Positions 57,645 through 61,452 of a stretch of DNA of 61,452 nt are shown one piece after another; the stretch's first letter is position 1, and each line of letters opens with the position of its first letter. Under the pieces are notes generated by a model. It did no database searches. It was given only the letters and a program-made list of their open reading frames with translations, and was not told where the DNA came from. A program made the translations under genes and the position numbers. The stretch comes from a phage: sequence record PQ826432.1, one strand, 5' to 3'.

Positions 57645-57664
57645 AAAGGGGCGTTTGCCCCTTT
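57645..57664. terminator. bidirectional terminator at convergence of plus and minus blocks
   Basis: AAAGGGGC/GCCCCTTT stem, loop GTTT. Confidence 0.55.
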
Positions 57665-57671
57665 TCTCTTC

Positions 57672-57875
57672 TTAGAATATAGGAAAGAAAGCACCGTATG
57701 GGTATACGCTAAAAGTATTGAAAACAGGCGGTGCAAAAGCATTCACAAACACCGGAGTTGGCGCTACTGGTTGAAACGTCTTGCAATTACACGCTGCTTG
57801 AGCCAATTGCCCCTGAAGTATACCTGCTTGTGTTGCGGGACTGCCTAAACAGCAACGGTTAGTATTACCACACAT
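57672..57875 (-). CDS. small Cys-rich protein (67 aa)
   Basis: ORF track; five Cys in first 31 residues, Pro/Phe-rich C-terminus. Confidence 0.4.
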   Translation of the reverse strand: MCGNTNRCCLGSPATQAGILQGQLAQAACNCKTFQPVAPTPVFVNAFAPPVFNTFSVYPYGAFFPIF

Positions 57876-57886
57876 AGTAGACCTCC

Positions 57887-58171
57887 TTAAAGGTCGCTTT
57901 CGTTATCCTGCTTGGAACTGGGCTTTTCGGCTTCAATTATCCCAAGTACCGCAATAACTTTAACAGCAATACGCTGAGCTAGACTGATTTGCTGCTGGGT
58001 TAATTTTCCGGTCGACACCACCGTCATTAACCCGCTTAAGTTTCCAAGCGACTTGAAATCGCTGAATGCGGATTTCATAATAGTAAGTTGATCATGACCT
58101 TCATCTGCTATAACATGAGCGCGAATAGAAAGCCCTTCAACAACTTTATCAATACCTTCATTCTTCGTCAT
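57887..58171 (-). CDS. hypothetical protein (94 aa)
   Basis: ORF track. Confidence 0.4.
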   Translation of the reverse strand: MTKNEGIDKVVEGLSIRAHVIADEGHDQLTIMKSAFSDFKSLGNLSGLMTVVSTGKLTQQQISLAQRIAVKVIAVLGIIEAEKPSSKQDNESDL

Positions 58172-58688
58172 TTGGTTTTACCTTCTGCTCCGGTTTCTGA
58201 GGGGCCGTTTGAGCGGTCTTCGGCTGCAACACTTCCTGATCAATCATTGGTGGCCACGGACTAATATGTTCCCGGGCTTCTACAGGTTGCTCCGGTTGCA
58301 CGCCAAGAAACTTATTAATAAAATCACCTGCAAAGTCTGTACCATCGCTGACGTAAACGTGCATACGATCAAGATCAGACTGACTAATGGAGTTTGGAGC
58401 GATCGTGATTTTAAACTGGTGGAAGCCGACATACATCACATTCACGGGTCGTTCGATAGTGCCCGGCGTAGGCGGTATCACTCCCATAATCCAACAGTAA
58501 TGAACCCTTCCATCACCCATAGGTTCACAGCCAGCATTAAGCCAGCTCACCTTCTGGTGTGGGAACATGGTAGTTGAATCGGTAGCGTCCCGACGTAACG
58601 TCCAATCAACACCGCCCATGTTGATGGAGTTTTTCGGTTTCATCCCGTTGAACTGGGTTACGCCCATTCCTGCGTTTACGTTTTGCAT
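58158..58688 (-). CDS. hypothetical protein (176 aa)
   Basis: ORF track. Confidence 0.45.
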   Translation of the reverse strand: MQNVNAGMGVTQFNGMKPKNSINMGGVDWTLRRDATDSTTMFPHQKVSWLNAGCEPMGDGRVHYCWIMGVIPPTPGTIERPVNVMYVGFHQFKITIAPNSISQSDLDRMHVYVSDGTDFAGDFINKFLGVQPEQPVEAREHISPWPPMIDQEVLQPKTAQTAPQKPEQKVKPNDEE

Positions 58689-58703
58689 GTCGGCTTCCTA
58701 TTC

Positions 58704-59072
58704 TTACATATCTTTCATTTTTTGAAGAGCGCAAGTACAAGCTGCGGCAAGATCAGTCAACTCTTTCATGATCCCTGCGCGGTCGCCTTCTTTCTTACAC
58801 TCCATTAATTCGCGGTATTCCATTTCAACAATGGACATCATACCGCCGGGCTTGTCGTGGTACGCCGCCCACGTATGCGGAGGTTCTTCCATCCGGTCAA
58901 GAACATCTGACATAGCTGCCATATGTTCATGATCTCGAGCATAAGAGTGAGCATGTTTATATTCCTCTTTCTCATGTTCATGGTGGTGCTCGCCTACGCT
59001 AATGCGAGGTAAAGCAACCTTAGGCAATTTGACCCGTGGCATTCCCATCGTTGCGATTTTAATGTGGCTCAT
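58704..59072 (-). CDS. His-rich protein (122 aa), possible metal-binding or MazG-like helical domain
   Basis: HHHEHEKEEYKHAH segment; C-terminal E..E..KEGD..KEL pattern. Confidence 0.35.
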   Translation of the reverse strand: MSHIKIATMGMPRVKLPKVALPRISVGEHHHEHEKEEYKHAHSYARDHEHMAAMSDVLDRMEEPPHTWAAYHDKPGGMMSIVEMEYRELMECKKEGDRAGIMKELTDLAAACTCALQKMKDM

Positions 59073-59143
59073 GATAGTACCTCTGTTAAAAGCGCCCCAA
59101 GCGGAGGAGCGAAAGGCGCTTTAGTTTAACCACACTTCAACGA

Positions 59144-59851
59144 TTAGCAGCAGCCAGTCGGAGGAGTTGGAGGAGTTGGCAGTTTAAAGTTAACTAACTG
59201 CTCAACCTGATTGATCTTACAAGTAAGACCAGCCGTTTGTGCCAACTGAGAGTTCGCAAAGCGAGCTTCCTGCAACTGGGACTTCAGGTCGCAGATCAGA
59301 ACAGCTTGCGCCTGTGCGTGTTGATCACGGATCAGTGCACGGGTAGCTTCAGCTTGACGCTCGATGTTCAGGTTGGTTTCGCAGCAACACTTCTCGGCTG
59401 CTAACTGTGCCTGGAAAGAACGGGTAATGTTAGCTGCCTCGTTGCTACACAGAGCCGCGAGCACTTGGCTGGTGCCGCCCTGGATTTGCGTGTTCAGACC
59501 AGCAAATCCCTGAACGGAAGCCAGCATATTCTGAGTGTTCTGCTGAGTGATGCCGTTATAGGTAGAAGCAGCAGAGCGCTCAACAGTCAGGTTAGTACCG
59601 TTCTGCCCCTGAATGGTCTGAAGAGTACCGTTGTTAATGGCTTGCAGAATTGCGTTGGTGTCAACAGAAGCTTGAACTTCCACCGGACCAGCGAAGTTAC
59701 CGCGACCACCCCAACCACCATTGCCACCCCAACCGTTACCGATCCAGGAACCAATCAAACCACCGATTGCACCACCGATACCAGCCGCACCAGCTTCACC
59801 GCCGAAACCGTCGCCACCGAGATTAGTAGGTAAAAGAGTCATGTCAGACAT
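59144..59851 (-). CDS. Gly-rich protein with C-terminal Cys cluster (about 235 aa)
   Basis: ORF track 59144..59980 (TTG); ATG 59851 with GGAG SD; GGDGFGGEAGAAGIGG...GWGGNGGWGG tract; ends PTPPTPPTGCC. Confidence 0.45.
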   Translation of the reverse strand: MSDMTLLPTNLGGDGFGGEAGAAGIGGAIGGLIGSWIGNGWGGNGGWGGRGNFAGPVEVQASVDTNAILQAINNGTLQTIQGQNGTNLTVERSAASTYNGITQQNTQNMLASVQGFAGLNTQIQGGTSQVLAALCSNEAANITRSFQAQLAAEKCCCETNLNIERQAEATRALIRDQHAQAQAVLICDLKSQLQEARFANSQLAQTAGLTCKINQVEQLVNFKLPTPPTPPTGCC

Positions 59852-59986
59852 AGGAAAATCTCCATATATGGATTTGTTAAGCGGATGTAACCAACTGGTT
59901 ACGAAGTAAAGCATACCCCTTAACACGATTTTTACAATCATCCAAATGTAAAGATTTTGTAAATTAGGATTGACAGTCAATAAAAA

Positions 59987-60006
59987 AGCGCGCCCGAAGA
60001 CGCGCT
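59987..60006 (-). terminator. rho-independent terminator after tail fibre gene
   Basis: minus strand AGCGCG-8 nt loop-CGCGCT followed by TTTTTT. Confidence 0.55.
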
Positions 60007-60023
60007 GTTGAAGTTAGATGTGG

Positions 60024-61452
60024 TTATGGAAGGTTAGTTTGTTGTGAACCATTCGCTTCTTTTAATGCAGCAAGTTCTGTTTCCAATTTCTCCACCTTTT
60101 CCATCAAAGCAAGAATTGCTTCATGATGCAAAGCGGCAGCAACACCATAAGTATCTACACCCTTAACGTCGGAGATCACCTCATTACCACGTAAAGTCAT
60201 GGAGCCCGCATTGAAGACAGCATCTGGGAATACTTTCTCCACATCCTGGGCAATGAAGCCATAGTTAACCTTAGAGTTGTCATGCTTGACACGCCACGAT
60301 ACACCCTTAATGGCGCGCATAGCGCCAAGAGGGTTAGGGATACGTGTAATATCTTCCTTGATACGTTCGTCAGAAGAAGTGCTCCACCCACCCGAACATA
60401 CAGCATTACCACCCTTCAAGAACTGGAAATACTTCTGAGTATCAACACCACCAGACGAAGTGGTCATTAAGGTAATATCGCCCTTCCGTTCGGAGTAGAC
60501 TCGCGCATATACTGTATCATCTGGTGAGACGAAGTCCAAAAACCCTTCGATATCACTACCACGACCCACGATACGCATAAAACTACCCCTGGAACGTATG
60601 ATGCCAGGTACATTTAAGTCACCATCATCGCCGAAGTCAAAGTTCTGAGTAGTACCTAGAGTAGCGTTGTACACTGATACACGGGCCGCATACGTAGAAC
60701 CTATCGTACCGACCATACGGAAATCTGCGGAACCATTCAACTGACTACCAACACGGTACTCACTTATAACACGGCCACCAGTAACAAATGTTGTTGCGGG
60801 CGGTAGTGTGGAATCACTGTTTATCACAGACCATGACGTATTCGCGGCAATGAACCCGCCAGATGCACGTATAACCCAGACGCCGACGAAGTTGCGGCCC
60901 ATAATCTCGTCAGTTGATGCTCCGTAAATTGGACTCGAGCGTGAAGCGTTAAAATTACATGTGTTATATCGACCTGCTAGTGCTGTTGCGCCTCCAGGGA
61001 TTGCATCACCAGCACCATCAGGGAATACGCCATTGTTGGAATAAAATGCACCATAAGATGAACCAATAGCTTGCGCGTAACTCCCACCGGAATAAGAGGT
61101 AAAATAACCAGTAATATTAGGTGCGGCGGATTCAAATAGCTGACCATTTGCACTACTATTCCCACCATCACCACGACCATAAAGAGCGCGTATTGACCCT
61201 TCTTGAACACCATTTTTATCGGGGACACGAAAAGTTGTTGCTCCGTCACCCTTAGAATACTTGCCGCGCTGAAATTTATCAGCCAGCCATTCAGAATCAT
61301 CTATAGCACCCACCATTTGAGCGTAATTCCATAATTCAGGCCAGTCAGCACGATTAAGCAATTGACCGTCAGCGACCACTTCATACGGTTGAATATACGC
61401 ACGGCTATCCCGAAGATGGAAATCCCCTACCCCGTAATTCATTACCCCGTTC
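60024..61452 (-). CDS. tail fibre protein with C-terminal intramolecular chaperone (S74-like) domain; 5' part wraps to 1..301
   Basis: ORF track 60024..61442; C-terminus ...SSDERIKEDI...GFIAQDVEKVFPDAV... then coiled coil; frame open beyond track start to window end. Confidence 0.7.
   Translation of the reverse strand, partial: NGVMNYGVGDFHLRDSRAYIQPYEVVADGQLLNRADWPELWNYAQMVGAIDDSEWLADKFQRGKYSKGDGATTFRVPDKNGVQEGSIRALYGRGDGGNSSANGQLFESAAPNITGYFTSYSGGSYAQAIGSSYGAFYSNNGVFPDGAGDAIPGGATALAGRYNTCNFNASRSSPIYGASTDEIMGRNFVGVWVIRASGGFIAANTSWSVINSDSTLPPATTFVTGGRVISEYRVGSQLNGSADFRMVGTIGSTYAARVSVYNATLGTTQNFDFGDDGDLNVPGIIRSRGSFMRIVGRGSDIEGFLDFVSPDDTVYARVYSERKGDITLMTTSSGGVDTQKYFQFLKGGNAVCSGGWSTSSDERIKEDITRIPNPLGAMRAIKGVSWRVKHDNSKVNYGFIAQDVEKVFPDAVFNAGSMTLRGNEVISDVKGVDTYGVAAALHHEAILALMEKVEKLETELAALKEANGSQQTNLP
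61376..61452. repeat. 77-nt terminal overlap, identical to 1..77
   Basis: exact identity read directly. Confidence 0.9.

Noticed and set aside
59960-59985. Sigma70 promoter for the block after the tail fibre
   Set aside because: TTGACT and TTTACA hexamers are present but no -10 box lies at 16 to 18 nt spacing; only a weak extended -10 is possible, so no promoter is called.
1-61452. Integrase, repressor or attachment site indicating a temperate phage
   Set aside because: No tyrosine or serine recombinase motifs and no repressor-like gene pair were recognised by eye; this is absence of evidence only, as no search was run.

Overview
The window reads as a complete, circularly permuted genome of a tailed dsDNA phage, about 61.4 kb: the last 77 nt (61376..61452) are identical to the first 77 nt, and a tail-fibre gene runs in-frame across that junction. 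All calls are made by eye from the sequence and the ORF track; no searches were run, so family names are motif-level recognitions and coordinates of non-CDS elements are approximate (a few bp). Layout: a long minus-strand block (27023 down to 1, continuing through the junction to 57672) carries small early-type genes, a peptidase/SLOG accessory cluster, the lysis cassette (endolysin, holin, overlapping spanins), terminase, portal, scaffold, major capsid, head-tail joining proteins, major tail protein, a chaperone pair with a -1 frameshift, tape measure, minor tail proteins, a lambda-J-like tip protein, two tail fibres and a terminal block of unknowns. A plus-strand block (28271..57642) carries replication and nucleotide-metabolism genes (primase-helicase, dUTPase, RNase H, ligase, Sak4-like ATPase, SSB-like protein, Cas4-like nuclease, SF2 helicase, DnaN-like clamp, family-B-like DNA polymerase), two HNH endonucleases, and a 7-deazaguanine DNA-modification set (QueE, QueC, QueD, FolE, a DpdA-like transglycosylase, a YhhQ-like membrane protein). 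The two blocks diverge from a repeat-rich control region (27024..28490) and converge on a shared terminator (about 57645..57664). No integrase or repressor was recognised, so a lytic lifestyle is inferred. The strongest candidates for something undescribed are the HslV-like / C39-like peptidase plus SLOG cluster (23140..25400), the five-gene block of unknowns after the tail fibre (57672..59851), and the poly-Ala/Lys-rich protein at the head of the modification locus.
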